Part shown: positions 39,532 to 49,355 of the stretch, piece after piece
How the letters are laid out: every line of letters begins with the position of its first letter
Numbering within the stretch: position 1 is the stretch's first letter
NCBI GenBank assembly: GCA_963663765.2
Contig: CAXXUA010000004.1
Location: forward strand, 512,001-576,000
DNA from: Candidatus Poribacteria bacterium
GTDB lineage: Bacteria > Poribacteria > WGA-4E > WGA-3G
Length of the DNA: 64,000 nt
Reading direction: 5' to 3'
Program-made: the position numbers and the translations under genes
Notes under the pieces: generated by a model
What the model was told of the DNA's origin: nothing
The model's database searches: none
Seen by the model: the letters and a program-made list of their open reading frames with translations, nothing else

Positions 39532-40953
39532 CTGACATACTCCCCAAGCTAAAGCATGGGGGTTCTTAGTTCTTATATTGGAAACGGTTTGAGTTGTTTC
39601 CAAACGACTTTTCCTGCTTCCGTGTCTCGTGCCCTTTCCTGAACAGCTTTGGGTCTTATTTGCACTCCACAGGCGTGACTTTCGGTGTGTCCCACCGTAG
39701 TTGGTTTCAAGTTTATTGCAGCATTGACATCTCTATCTATAGACATATCACATTGACTGCAGTGATACATTCTTTCTGAAAGTGTTAGGTCTTTCTTTTT
39801 GTGTCCACAACCGGAACAGGTTTTACTACTTGCAAAGAACATATCTGCTTCTTTGACAGGTATACCGCGCACTTCTGCTTTTGTCTTGAGTTTTAGCAGG
39901 AAACTGCCTAATGCTGTATCTGACAATGCTTTTGCGAGGTTTCTGTTCTTCAGCATATTAGTAACCTTGAGTGTCTCAATACCGATCACAGATGCGAGGT
40001 TGACAATCTCTGTAGTTGCTTTATGATGTGCATCGTTTCGGATACAAGCGATACGATAGTAGTTACGTTCTAACTTGTGTTTTTGTTTGAACCAGTTGTT
40101 AGACTTGAAAACTTTTCTACTTAATCTACGTTGTTCTCTTGCTAACTTCTTTTCATATCGTTTCAGGGGTCTTGGATTATCATATTTCGTGCCATCACTC
40201 AATGTGGCAAGTGTGTTTATGCCTACATCTATACCAATCACAGGGTGCGTTGAGTTATCAACTGCTTCGGTGTCCTCTGTTTCTATGGTGATAGATACAA
40301 ACCAACGATGTGCTGTCCTTGAGATCGTCACTTTCATAATCTTACCCACAAAACGCAATGATTCAAACATTCTAATCCAACCAATCTTAGGAAGTTTGAT
40401 ACGCTTACCTTCAACTTCTACAGATTGATTATTTGTGGTGAATGCGTCCTTTTTGCCACGCTTCTTGAACTTCGGAAATCTCGCACGCTTACCAACCCAA
40501 TTCGCAAGCGCAGCAGACAAGTTACCAAATATGCTTTTATTGGCTACAACCTGATCCATATCTTTAGTCCAAGCATGTGCTTTCTTAGCAATATTAAATC
40601 GAGTGTTTAACTTCGCAGCGGATAAGAACTCATCATTTGCCAATGCAGACTTGAAATCTGCTAATGCATGATTATATGCAAATCTCGCATAGCCACACTG
40701 TTGTGCAAACCATTTGCGTTGATTGTTATTTGGATTCAATGCAATCTTATGTGTTTTTAGCATGATGATATTCCAGTCCTATGAAGACGTCAGTTCCCTC
40801 TACTAAAGGTGTGTAGGTGTTAGTAGCACCTACACTGAACTGGTATAATGAGTATCTCATGTTTTAAACCAAAAATCAAGTTTTTTCTTGACACAAGCAC
40901 TTAGCACGACTACATCCCACTACCTAAAGGTAGGGGTTTTGTCGTGATTCTTG
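39532..40953 (-). mobile_element. Non-autonomous IS200/IS605 element (tnpB only), target TTAT
   Basis: On the minus strand: TTAT then left hairpin CCCCTACCTTTAGGTAGTGGG with guide AAAA; right end GAACCCCCATGCTTTAGCTTGGGGAGTATGTCAG, IS608-like. Confidence 0.9.
39573..40763 (-). CDS. tnpB: RNA-guided endonuclease TnpB
   Basis: GIDVG, GIETLK, CSGC/CSQC, DRDVNAA; C-terminal tail reads through the omegaRNA region. Confidence 0.95.
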   Translation of the reverse strand: MLKTHKIALNPNNNQRKWFAQQCGYARFAYNHALADFKSALANDEFLSAAKLNTRFNIAKKAHAWTKDMDQVVANKSIFGNLSAALANWVGKRARFPKFKKRGKKDAFTTNNQSVEVEGKRIKLPKIGWIRMFESLRFVGKIMKVTISRTAHRWFVSITIETEDTEAVDNSTHPVIGIDVGINTLATLSDGTKYDNPRPLKRYEKKLAREQRRLSRKVFKSNNWFKQKHKLERNYYRIACIRNDAHHKATTEIVNLASVIGIETLKVTNMLKNRNLAKALSDTALGSFLLKLKTKAEVRGIPVKEADMFFASSKTCSGCGHKKKDLTLSERMYHCSQCDMSIDRDVNAAINLKPTTVGHTESHACGVQIRPKAVQERARDTEAGKVVWKQLKPFPI

Positions 40954-41119
40954 ATAAAAAAGAGCAGCAGATGAGAACCAAATGTCCGATTTGTCGTTAA
41001 GGTGTGATAGTGAGATATATCACACACTCATTGTTACGTGTGCAGTTCTCTATAGTAGGACATTGTCTAAACATTGATTGTAAAAGGTATAAACAACATT
41101 GTGAGAAATGTCAACTTAT

Positions 41120-41905
41120 CTATTCTTCCTCTTCCTTGCGATTCTGATCCTTCTTCAAGAATGGACTTAGCAGATCAATTGGTATTGGGAAGATAACGGT
41201 AGAGTTCTTTTCTGCACTAACTTCTACTAAAGCTTGAAGAAACCTTAGTTGTACAGAGGTCGGTGTCTTACTAAGTATTTCTGCTGCATTCGTTAGTACC
41301 TCTGCAGACTCAAATTCACCTTCAGCATGTGTGATTTTTGCCCTACGTTCACGTTCAGCTTCAGCTTGTTTTGCCATTGCACGCTGCATTTCAACTGGAA
41401 GGTCAACGTGTTTTATCTCCATAGTGATCACCTCAACACCCCACGGTTCACACTGCTTTTTTATTATTTCCTCTAAATCCTGATTGAGTTTTTCTCGTTC
41501 AGAGAGAAGATCATCAAGTTCCGCGCGTCCAAGAACGCTACGGAGCGTAGTCTGTGCTACTTGAGAGATAGCAAAACCGAATTCTTCTACCTCAATTACT
41601 GCTTTGTCTGGTGCGGTTACTCGAAATGTCAGAACTGCATTGACACTCACCGAGACGTTGTCTTTTGTGATTACATCTTGCGGTGTAACATCATTTACGA
41701 TAACGCGAAGACTAATCCGTTGCATCCTTTCAATCCAGAATGGGATTAATAGAACCAATCCAGGACCACGTGTGTTAGTGAACCGTCCTAAACGGAATAT
41801 GACTGCGCGTTCATATTCCTTTAAGACCCGAACGCTTGTCGCAATCATAATAACAACAACACCAATAGCAATAGCAATATAAATTGGATCAATTCCTTCT
41901 AGCAT
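41120..41905 (-). CDS. SPFH/band 7 (slipin) family protein
   Basis: [42 protein letters not shown]. Confidence 0.95.
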   Translation of the reverse strand: MLEGIDPIYIAIAIGVVVIMIATSVRVLKEYERAVIFRLGRFTNTRGPGLVLLIPFWIERMQRISLRVIVNDVTPQDVITKDNVSVSVNAVLTFRVTAPDKAVIEVEEFGFAISQVAQTTLRSVLGRAELDDLLSEREKLNQDLEEIIKKQCEPWGVEVITMEIKHVDLPVEMQRAMAKQAEAERERRAKITHAEGEFESAEVLTNAAEILSKTPTSVQLRFLQALVEVSAEKNSTVIFPIPIDLLSPFLKKDQNRKEEEE

Positions 41906-41920
41906 ACTAAGTTATCCTCT

Positions 41921-42940
41921 CTATGGGTTAATCCCAGTGATGTCGCTAACCTTCTTAAAAAATGCTTGTTTACGAGGTGTGTTTAATTGCCATTTCACAG
42001 GAACCGATTGGTATCCGTGGTGATAGTCATTTTCTCCTGGATCAAAATATCCCCACGAAGCGTATTGACTGACTGCAGCCATGAAGTTATTCATAGGTTT
42101 GTCAAAGTTAAAATGGTCATCTTCGTTGAAGAGAATAGGCATTGGCTTATAACCGGGGACATGTCGCGTCTGTTGAACCATCTCCATAATACGATTTGGA
42201 TCTTTGACTCCATTACCGTGGATAAGTATAAAATCTGATGCACGTACAACATTCTCAAATGGTACTCTCCCACCACCATAACTTGTCCCTACAAGATACC
42301 TTCTTCCATCACGTGTCGTACCTTTCACACGTTCAATGAGTTCATTCACCCTTTCTGGTTGAAGAATTTCATGAGAATATCTCACATTACATTCGTTGTT
42401 AACTTCAACAATGACGTTGGTATAACCATTGTCAAACAACCAATTTGTAGCGTTATCCGTGGCTTGTTTTACTGCTTCCTCATCCTTTAGTCTGTGATCT
42501 TGTCCAAAGTAGAAGTATCCGAGAATAACTACCATGCCAAGTTCATCAGCAAAATCAATTATACGTTTGAGACGAGCCAGATAATCTGCATTGAGACTAC
42601 CATCTGCTTCTATGCCGGAATTGTGCCAGGGTTGTTTTTTTGAATACCCTTCTGGACTGCCACCTTGCAAGTTTATAGTAAATGCTAATAAACCGTGTGC
42701 ACGCCATACTGGCATTGCAGAAAGGAATTCCCTTGTGTTCCGTTCAGGATCCCATTTACCCGTATCTGGGTATTCCCATCTGTGGAGTGTCTCTGGATTC
42801 CTATCGTCAAAGATACCTTGTACCATTCTCGAGTTGAGCAGCAATCCCTCAATTTTGTGACCTTCATAGTTTCTTCCAGAATAGCTGATTTCATCGTTTA
42901 TATAGAATGCATCTTCAACGATACTAACTTTTGTATTCAT
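41921..42940 (-). CDS. Putative glycoside hydrolase (clan GH-A-like TIM barrel)
   Basis: EVNNE acid/base-like and FNED nucleophile-like motifs; ADELGMVVIL. Confidence 0.55.
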   Translation of the reverse strand: MNTKVSIVEDAFYINDEISYSGRNYEGHKIEGLLLNSRMVQGIFDDRNPETLHRWEYPDTGKWDPERNTREFLSAMPVWRAHGLLAFTINLQGGSPEGYSKKQPWHNSGIEADGSLNADYLARLKRIIDFADELGMVVILGYFYFGQDHRLKDEEAVKQATDNATNWLFDNGYTNVIVEVNNECNVRYSHEILQPERVNELIERVKGTTRDGRRYLVGTSYGGGRVPFENVVRASDFILIHGNGVKDPNRIMEMVQQTRHVPGYKPMPILFNEDDHFNFDKPMNNFMAAVSQYASWGYFDPGENDYHHGYQSVPVKWQLNTPRKQAFFKKVSDITGINP

Positions 42941-43282
42941 AATTTCTCCACGAACATGTATAAACTGAATATAGTATATATTAGCAGATAGGTAGTTTTA
43001 AGACAAGAACTGTTTTGAGGAATGGTATGCAAAGCGGATGTGTTAAGTTGATGTCACTTGTCTGAACCGTGATTAGCAAATCCTGGTTCACACGGAATCT
43101 CGGATTACACAGATAACATTGATTGCGCGGAAAAGACCGATGCAATAGATCACATTGTTTAGTTAACGCTTTTCTATCTAATACAACCAAATGCAGAAAT
43201 CTTATCCGAATAATCCGTGTTATCCGCGCACTCCGCGATTCAGACTATACACATGACAAAGACTTTACACACCCAATATTAG

Positions 43283-43404
43283 CAGGACTTACGCAGTTTT
43301 CATGGTTTGATGAAGAATTATGACGAAAATGGTGTAATTTTCAGCATATTTTCGGTTTCCAGCGCGCTTACAAAGCACGCCTACCGTTGGGTGCGTAAGT
43401 CCTG
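43283..43404 (+). mobile_element. MITE family A, short 122-bp form
   Basis: TIRs as above; TSD ATTAG on both sides. Confidence 0.92.
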
Positions 43405-43518
43405 ATTAGAAAAAAGTCGTAAATTTCACCTAAAATGTAGTATAATAATTGTGATTTACTCCATATTCTTAGGTATAAGTTATTCATTTTGCATCAGTTT
43501 TTATTCTAAGGAGTCTTT

Positions 43519-44277
43519 ATGAAACTTGGTTTAGTGACATACAATATGGCAAAAGATTGGGATATTCCTACTATTATTGAACGGTGTTCGGAAACTGGTT
43601 TTTCAGGTGTGGAGTTGCGAACGACGCATGCACACGGTGTAGAAGTAAACCTGTCAAAAGGTGAACGCGCTGAAGTCAAGAAGCAGTTTGAAGATTCGCC
43701 AATTGAGCTTGCAGGTTTAGGATCTGCGTTTGATTATCATTCAACTGATCAAGCAGCAGTTCGCAAGAATATAGAGGGAACGAAGGTATACTCACAACTG
43801 GCAGCGGATGTCGGTGCTCCGGGTGTAAAGGTGCGACCAAACGGACTTCCAAGTGAAGTTCCTGTAGAGAAGACATTAGAACAAATCGGATTGGCTTTGC
43901 GTGAATGTGGTGAATCCGCTGCTGATGTCGGTGTGGAGATTCGATTGGAAGTTCACGGTGGTGGTACTAGCGAACTCCGACATATTCGAACAATTATGGA
44001 TGTTGCTGACCACAATAATGTAGCTGTGTGTTGGAATTCCAACTTCGGTGAAGTAGAAAATGGATCAATTCAGAACAACTTCAACTATGTCAAAGGAAAA
44101 ATAGGATTAGTCCATATTACCGAATTACATCGTAGAGAATATCCCTGGCGTGAACTGTTCGCCTTGCTGAAAGAGTCTGGATATTCGGGTTACACATTGG
44201 CAGAAATCGCTGGAAGTTCCGATCCTGTGAGAGTGATGAATTTCTATCGTGCGTTATGGGAAGAATATAATAGATAA
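43519..44277 (+). CDS. Sugar phosphate isomerase/epimerase (TIM barrel)
   Basis: GFSGVELR, RLEVHG, CWNS, VHITE, GYSGYTLAE. Confidence 0.88.
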   Translation: MKLGLVTYNMAKDWDIPTIIERCSETGFSGVELRTTHAHGVEVNLSKGERAEVKKQFEDSPIELAGLGSAFDYHSTDQAAVRKNIEGTKVYSQLAADVGAPGVKVRPNGLPSEVPVEKTLEQIGLALRECGESAADVGVEIRLEVHGGGTSELRHIRTIMDVADHNNVAVCWNSNFGEVENGSIQNNFNYVKGKIGLVHITELHRREYPWRELFALLKESGYSGYTLAEIAGSSDPVRVMNFYRALWEEYNR

Positions 44278-44303
44278 CTAATTTCATTGGAGAACTTTTT
44301 TAG

Positions 44304-45071
44304 ATGAAAAACCTATTACTTACGATACTATTTTTTGCATGCATGCTGACAATTTCTATTACAGATATCCATGCAGCAATTCAACAAGAAACGATTGTCG
44401 GAATATGGCTTCTTGAAGAGGGACAAGGTGATGACATTAAAGACGCTTCTGTCAATAACAATGATGGAAAAATCTTTAACGCCGAATGGACCGATGGTAA
44501 AATCGGAAGAGGTCTTGAGTTTGATGGTACTGCACGTGTTGAAATACCTGCAAGTGACACTACAGAAGACTATCTTAATGGATTTACGTATCTATTATGG
44601 GTTAAACCTACTGCTACTCCACCCGGTAATCACACACGCTTGATTGAACGTGGTTGGCACAATCCTACAATTCAAATCGGCCTGAACGACTTTTATGGTA
44701 GCATTGTCCAAAATGGGCTCCAAGATTCTTCACATGTACGAGGAGGAGAATGGCAACAGGATGAATGGAGTTTTGTTGCGCTTACACACGACGGGGATTT
44801 ACTCAAACTATATGTGGATGGTGTAATTGTTGGGGAAAAAGCGTTAGGGAAAGCCGACACAACAACTGATGCAGAAATACGATTTGGAGCGTATTCAAAA
44901 CCGAATTGGGACTTTACAGGAGTGCTGGATGAAGTTGGTGTTTTTAACGTAGCACTAGCTGAAAACGACATCAAGTTTATCATGAACAACGGACTTGAAG
45001 AAGCGTTAGCAGTTACTGCTGTTGGCAAATTGGCAGAAACTTGGGGTCATATCAAAAAGATACAATTTTAG
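44304..45071 (+). CDS. LamG/concanavalin-like domain secreted protein
   Basis: Signal peptide; GK.G.GLEFDG, WSFVALT.DG..LKLYVDG, FTGVLDEV; tail AVTAVGKLAETWGHIK. Confidence 0.88.
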   Translation: MKNLLLTILFFACMLTISITDIHAAIQQETIVGIWLLEEGQGDDIKDASVNNNDGKIFNAEWTDGKIGRGLEFDGTARVEIPASDTTEDYLNGFTYLLWVKPTATPPGNHTRLIERGWHNPTIQIGLNDFYGSIVQNGLQDSSHVRGGEWQQDEWSFVALTHDGDLLKLYVDGVIVGEKALGKADTTTDAEIRFGAYSKPNWDFTGVLDEVGVFNVALAENDIKFIMNNGLEEALAVTAVGKLAETWGHIKKIQF

Positions 45072-45089
45072 TTTATCATTAGGTGAACA

Positions 45090-45479
45090 ATGAATCAACA
45101 AGAGTTTTATCAAGCAAAGTTAGATTTTGAGACAGATTCTTGGGATCTCAGTGAAGCATTGAATAACGGTGGGGATATTATTGTCATAGATGCACGTAGA
45201 CAAGAAGCATATAGAATTGAACATATACCGACAGCGATTAATTTCCCGCACAGAGAAATGACTACAGAAAGCACAGAAAACCTTGATAAATCAAAGACCT
45301 ATGTTACCTATTGCGATGGGATTGGATGTAATGCTTCTACTAAAGGTGCATTGAAAATGGCTCAATTAGGTTTTAATGTCAAGGAACTACTTGGCGGTTT
45401 AGATTGGTGGCGACGAGATGGCTATGAGACAAAAGGCATAAATGGTGTCAATGGTACGGAAATAAATTGTGGATGTTGA
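45090..45479 (+). CDS. Rhodanese-like domain protein
   Basis: VIDAR...Y...HIPTA, YCDGIGCNAS, ELLGGLDWW. Confidence 0.9.
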   Translation: MNQQEFYQAKLDFETDSWDLSEALNNGGDIIVIDARRQEAYRIEHIPTAINFPHREMTTESTENLDKSKTYVTYCDGIGCNASTKGALKMAQLGFNVKELLGGLDWWRRDGYETKGINGVNGTEINCGC

Positions 45480-45501
45480 TAAGCAATTGATGGATTTTAA
45501 C

Positions 45502-45530
45502 TTGCATTCGGATTTTCAATATTGTATAAT
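45502..45530 (+). promoter_or_regulatory. sigma70-type promoter for tRNA-Asn
   Basis: TTGCAT-N17-TATAAT, about 25 nt upstream of the tRNA. Confidence 0.65.
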
Positions 45531-45555
45531 TATATGTGCTGATACTTAAACATAT

Positions 45556-45628
45556 TCCCCAATAGCTCAGTTGGTAGAGCAGATGGCTGTTAACCATCGT
45601 GTCGGCGGTTCGAGTCCGTCTTGGGGAG
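45556..45628 (+). tRNA. tRNA-Asn (GTT), CCA not encoded
   Basis: Acceptor TCCCCAA/TTGGGGA, D-arm TAGCTCAGTTGGTAGAGC, anticodon loop CTGTTAA, GGTTCGAGTCC T-loop. Confidence 0.97.
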
Positions 45629-45636
45629 TTTCGATT

Positions 45637-45680
45637 AATGCTGATGGACTTGAGGTTCAAGGTTCGTCAGCATTTTTTTA
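45637..45680 (+). terminator. Rho-independent terminator after tRNA
   Basis: AATGCTGATGGAC...GTTCGTCAGCATT followed by a T run. Confidence 0.8.
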
Positions 45681-45786
45681 TATGGAATCCTCATTATTGC
45701 TGAATATAATACTTCAACTCTGAAATTTACAGTATTGGATCTATATACGAGTCGACATTATTATTTTGTTTTGTTATGCTGACGAC

Positions 45787-45948
45787 TTGTGCCAGTTAAC
45801 TAAATGTTTATACTAAATTCACATATATTGGGTATGGTATATAAGCATTTCGTCCCTACGGGACTAAAGATCATCCAAAGCAAAAGAAGGACGGTTAAAT
45901 CCTCTTGTCTATGTGAAGTAATTATTAATAAATAGTTATTTAGCACAA
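45787..45948. repeat. ~162-bp MITE-like element, copy 1
   Basis: Ends TTGTGCCAGTTAACT / AGTTATTTAGCACAA; first ~85 bp repeated at 46240; contains CATTTCGTCCCTACGGGACT. Confidence 0.7.
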
Positions 45949-46054
45949 GTCGCTACTTTCAGGCAATTGGTAATTTTTTCTGTGCACGAATCTTGTCTAT
46001 GACTGGGTTTTTCCGAAGATAAAATTACCAATTTTACCAATTAGTAACTTAAAA

Positions 46055-46212
46055 TAGGACTTACGCAGTTTTCATGATCCAATCAAGAATTAAGACGAAA
46101 ACGATGTAATTTTCAGCATTTTTTAGGTTTCCGGCGCGCTTACAAAGCACCAAATCAACGGTATGAATGCCATTTAGGCATTCCCCGCCTACCGTTGTGT
46201 GCGTAAGTCCTG
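46055..46212 (+). mobile_element. MITE family A, long form
   Basis: Near-identical to 6081..6238; first base C>T; TSD imperfect. Confidence 0.88.
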
Positions 46213-46239
46213 TTAAAGTAAATTGAGCAATATTCTGAT

Positions 46240-46402
46240 TTGTGCCAGTTAACTAAATATTTATACTAATTTTACATATGTTGGGTATGATATATAAACA
46301 TTTCGTCCCTACAGGACTGAAGATCGTTTCAACCTATGAGAGACACCTGCAAAACGTTATGCTTATGTGAAACAATGGTTTACATAAAGTCATTTAGCAC
46401 AA
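46240..46402. repeat. ~163-bp MITE-like element, copy 2
   Basis: Same ends and first half as 45787..45948. Confidence 0.7.
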
Positions 46403-46651
46403 CTCGTTATGCTGGTTTTCTGAAATCGGTGTTACAAACACCTCCCACAATAGTCCATTTCAGACAATTGAACACCTCTGAACTGAGCACTAATGTTGAG
46501 TCAACATACTATTGTAGGTTGAGATTCGGAGATCGCTCCTACAGAAGACTTGTGTATTGTGTGTATTGTAGGAGGGAACTCCGATTCCCGACTACTTTTT
46601 AGACCCATCAATAAACACTTGACTAAGCACTAGTAGAGTGTCCAATCTAAT

Positions 46652-47301
46652 TTACTTGTATATGTTTATGAAACTTGGGGCATGTTTGCCGGTTTGTGTG
46701 TGCCACACGTATACGTCTCCGTATCCATAACCCGTTGCGGCAATGTATTGATTGTCAGGTGAGAAGGTGAGTTGAGAGGCGTTTTTGTACCATCCTTGTA
46801 TTTTGGTAACTCACTGTTGGGTATCTGTTTCTTGTACTTTAATGATACAGTCCCAATTACTTGTGGCAATCCACTGTCCATCATCAGAAAGTGCGACATT
46901 ACTAACCATGCCTCGTTCAGTATCCAATCAGGACTTACGCAGTTTTCTTGATTTAATCAAAAATTATGATGAAAATGATGCCATTATCAGCGTTTTTCTG
47001 GGTTTCCGGCGCGCTTACAAAGCACCAAATCAACGGTATGAATGCCATTTAGGCATTCCCCGCCTACCGTTGTGTGCGTAAGTCCTGCCAATAATGCAAC
47101 AGGTTGCATTGTATCGAGTTGATATACCCAAGTACCTATATGTGTTGCGACAGTAAGAATTCTTTTTTCTGAAGAAATTGCGATATTGCGTATTACACCT
47201 CGTCCCAATCGGGCAATTGCGCCATCGGGCAGGTGACATGTTGTCACGTCTGTGTCGTCAAGTGGTCTCTGGACATGGTTCAAAGGTTTTCTGTTTTTCA
47301 T
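46652..47301 (-). pseudogene. Truncated WD40 gene (distal end of array 2) with MITE insertion and nonsense codon
   Basis: Removing MITE 46929..47087 and one CCAAT gives MQPVALLDTERGMVSNVAL...TQQ*VTKIQGW...GYGDVYVWH, a paralog of 58487..60472; homology ends after about 160 codons. Confidence 0.88.
46929..47087 (+). mobile_element. MITE family A inside a WD40 gene
   Basis: TIRs; TSD CCAAT on both sides. Confidence 0.93.
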
Positions 47302-47320
47302 CAAAATTTCTCCTTGTATT

Positions 47321-49330
47321 CTACAGGTAAGGTTTCAGATCCCAAAGGTAAATTGCACCATCATGTCCACCACTTGCGAGAACGGTACAATCCTGCGAAA
47401 ATGCGAAGCACTGTACATCAGTGGTATGTCCCTTGAACGTGGTGATATTTTTACCTGTTGCGACTTCCCATAAACAGATGGATGTCTTTTTTAGTCCTCC
47501 TTTCCACCAAGCACCCGAAACCAGATATTGACCACACGGCGTGAAACGAAGTGTAATAGGTCGCTGATTCTCTTCCGATTGTGGAATCGTAATAAGCGTG
47601 TTTCCGTCTGTTGCATCCCACAGAACAATCTCGTTCCAAAATCCACCAGCGATTATGTTGCCATCTGGTGAAAACGTTATCCCCACCTGGTAAATGTTAT
47701 ATCCGCCCCGTTCCAGCGTAGTTAAGGGTAACTCGGTAATCTGTTCTTCAGCATCAACATCCCATAATATGGGGATTCGTTCTTCTGGTACACGTGCTAT
47801 AGGGATGCTTGCAAGCCTTTTTCCATCAGGACTCAATGCCAACGCTCTAACATATTCTGCGTGTCCTATAAGGACGGCACACTTTTCCCAGTTTCCTCCA
47901 TCGTCTATTTTGTCTGATGAGGGTGTGTACTCCCATACATAGATGTTGCGATCTTTGCCAGCACGTGCCAACCGTTGACCTGTCAGTGCTAATGCATCGG
48001 TCCCCGTGCCGGATGATAGCCCGGATTCAGGAATAGGAATTTCAGCGATGGATTCACCGCTTCCAAACTCACATACCTTTAATGTTTTTTCGTCTCCACC
48101 AACAGCAAAGATTGTCCCGATTGAAGTCGGGTAAACATCACGTATACTATTGGGCAATTCTTTTTCGGTTGGATGTCGGACACGTTGACTTGAAACATCC
48201 CATAAAACCGTGTTCCTACCCCAGTAGGCAGTCACTAACGTTTTTTCATCCGGCGCAAACGCCAATGAACCGACAGTCCCAGTGTGTCCCTGAATAGTCG
48301 GGCATGCTTGAGCGATGGGTCTACCTTCTATCCAGATTTTTATTTCACCTCTATCAGTATAGGCGAATTGTGTACCACTCTCCGAAAAACGAATAGAACT
48401 TCCCTGACTCTGATGTTCACATGTGTCGATTTTTTCACCTTTTTTTAAATTCCAGACTTCAAGCTTAGACTGAGATGGAAAGACTACCGCGGCTATTAAT
48501 TCACCTTCTGGTGTATAATTTGGATGTATTTGAGCATCCTCGTGATCGGTATAGGTTTCCTCAAGGTTTCCAGTCTCCACGTCCCACACATATAATCTTC
48601 CTTCTGAACCAGTGGCAGCAAAAAATCGTCCACACGGCGAAAAGCAATGGCTACCCCACCTTTCAGTCCAATCAAGACGAGCGATTTGTTCTCCAGTTTC
48701 TACCTGCCACACTGCAATGAATTCAGCGGTACGGTTTCTATGATCGTAACACGTCCCTGCCAACAAACTCAAATCTGGAGAAAAGTAGCTTGGATAGATG
48801 GCATTTATGGATTTAATGTCAGTATCACTTAATTTTATCTCTATTTCATTTTTTAACGTGCCTGTGCGCGGACACCAGATATAAACCCTCCCGATGAAAT
48901 AATTGAAAGCGACGAGTTGTTCTCCATCTTGAGAAAAGACCGGATTCATATTAGACAAACGAATCTGCCCTTTTCGTCCTTCCGGCAACACCATCTCTGC
49001 AACACACACCTGATTATGGATGTCCCATACTCTGAGTGCTTGCTGATATGTATATGCGGAAAGCCATTGAGCATCTGGTGAAAATGTAACACTATCAATA
49101 TATCCCCTATCCGTTTCCCACAGCGCGATCGGAGATAGCGTGGAGAGTTCGTATAACCAGAGTCCTATCTTTGTTCCAACTGCAAAGAGTTGTCCATCCG
49201 GTGAAAATGCCATATCACGAATCTCCCCGCGCCCCAATCGGGTAATTGCGCCATCAGGGAGTTTCCAAGTTGTGACATCTCCGTTTGTTTTGGATAATTG
49301 TGTGGTTGTCTGTGAACGTAAATTTTCCAT
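47321..49330 (-). CDS. WD40-repeat protein without signal peptide (array 2)
   Basis: DVTTWKLPDGAITRLGRG ... GHTTDV...LWDLKPYL; GGAGG RBS. Confidence 0.92.
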   Translation of the reverse strand: MENLRSQTTTQLSKTNGDVTTWKLPDGAITRLGRGEIRDMAFSPDGQLFAVGTKIGLWLYELSTLSPIALWETDRGYIDSVTFSPDAQWLSAYTYQQALRVWDIHNQVCVAEMVLPEGRKGQIRLSNMNPVFSQDGEQLVAFNYFIGRVYIWCPRTGTLKNEIEIKLSDTDIKSINAIYPSYFSPDLSLLAGTCYDHRNRTAEFIAVWQVETGEQIARLDWTERWGSHCFSPCGRFFAATGSEGRLYVWDVETGNLEETYTDHEDAQIHPNYTPEGELIAAVVFPSQSKLEVWNLKKGEKIDTCEHQSQGSSIRFSESGTQFAYTDRGEIKIWIEGRPIAQACPTIQGHTGTVGSLAFAPDEKTLVTAYWGRNTVLWDVSSQRVRHPTEKELPNSIRDVYPTSIGTIFAVGGDEKTLKVCEFGSGESIAEIPIPESGLSSGTGTDALALTGQRLARAGKDRNIYVWEYTPSSDKIDDGGNWEKCAVLIGHAEYVRALALSPDGKRLASIPIARVPEERIPILWDVDAEEQITELPLTTLERGGYNIYQVGITFSPDGNIIAGGFWNEIVLWDATDGNTLITIPQSEENQRPITLRFTPCGQYLVSGAWWKGGLKKTSICLWEVATGKNITTFKGHTTDVQCFAFSQDCTVLASGGHDGAIYLWDLKPYL

Positions 49331-49355
49331 GAATACCTCCAAATTTATTGTTTTA

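Noticed and set aside
39523-39603. N-terminal extension of the BatC-like ORF, and the idea that the IS split its ATG
   Set aside because: Most of the extension is IS right-end sequence. Guide GAAC implies cleavage after TCAG, so excision would not rebuild an ATG.
20305-40763. Catalytically dead TnpB (TldR-like regulator) or Cas12f
   Set aside because: Both copies keep the D-E-D RuvC residues and IS605 ends, and neither has a CRISPR array.
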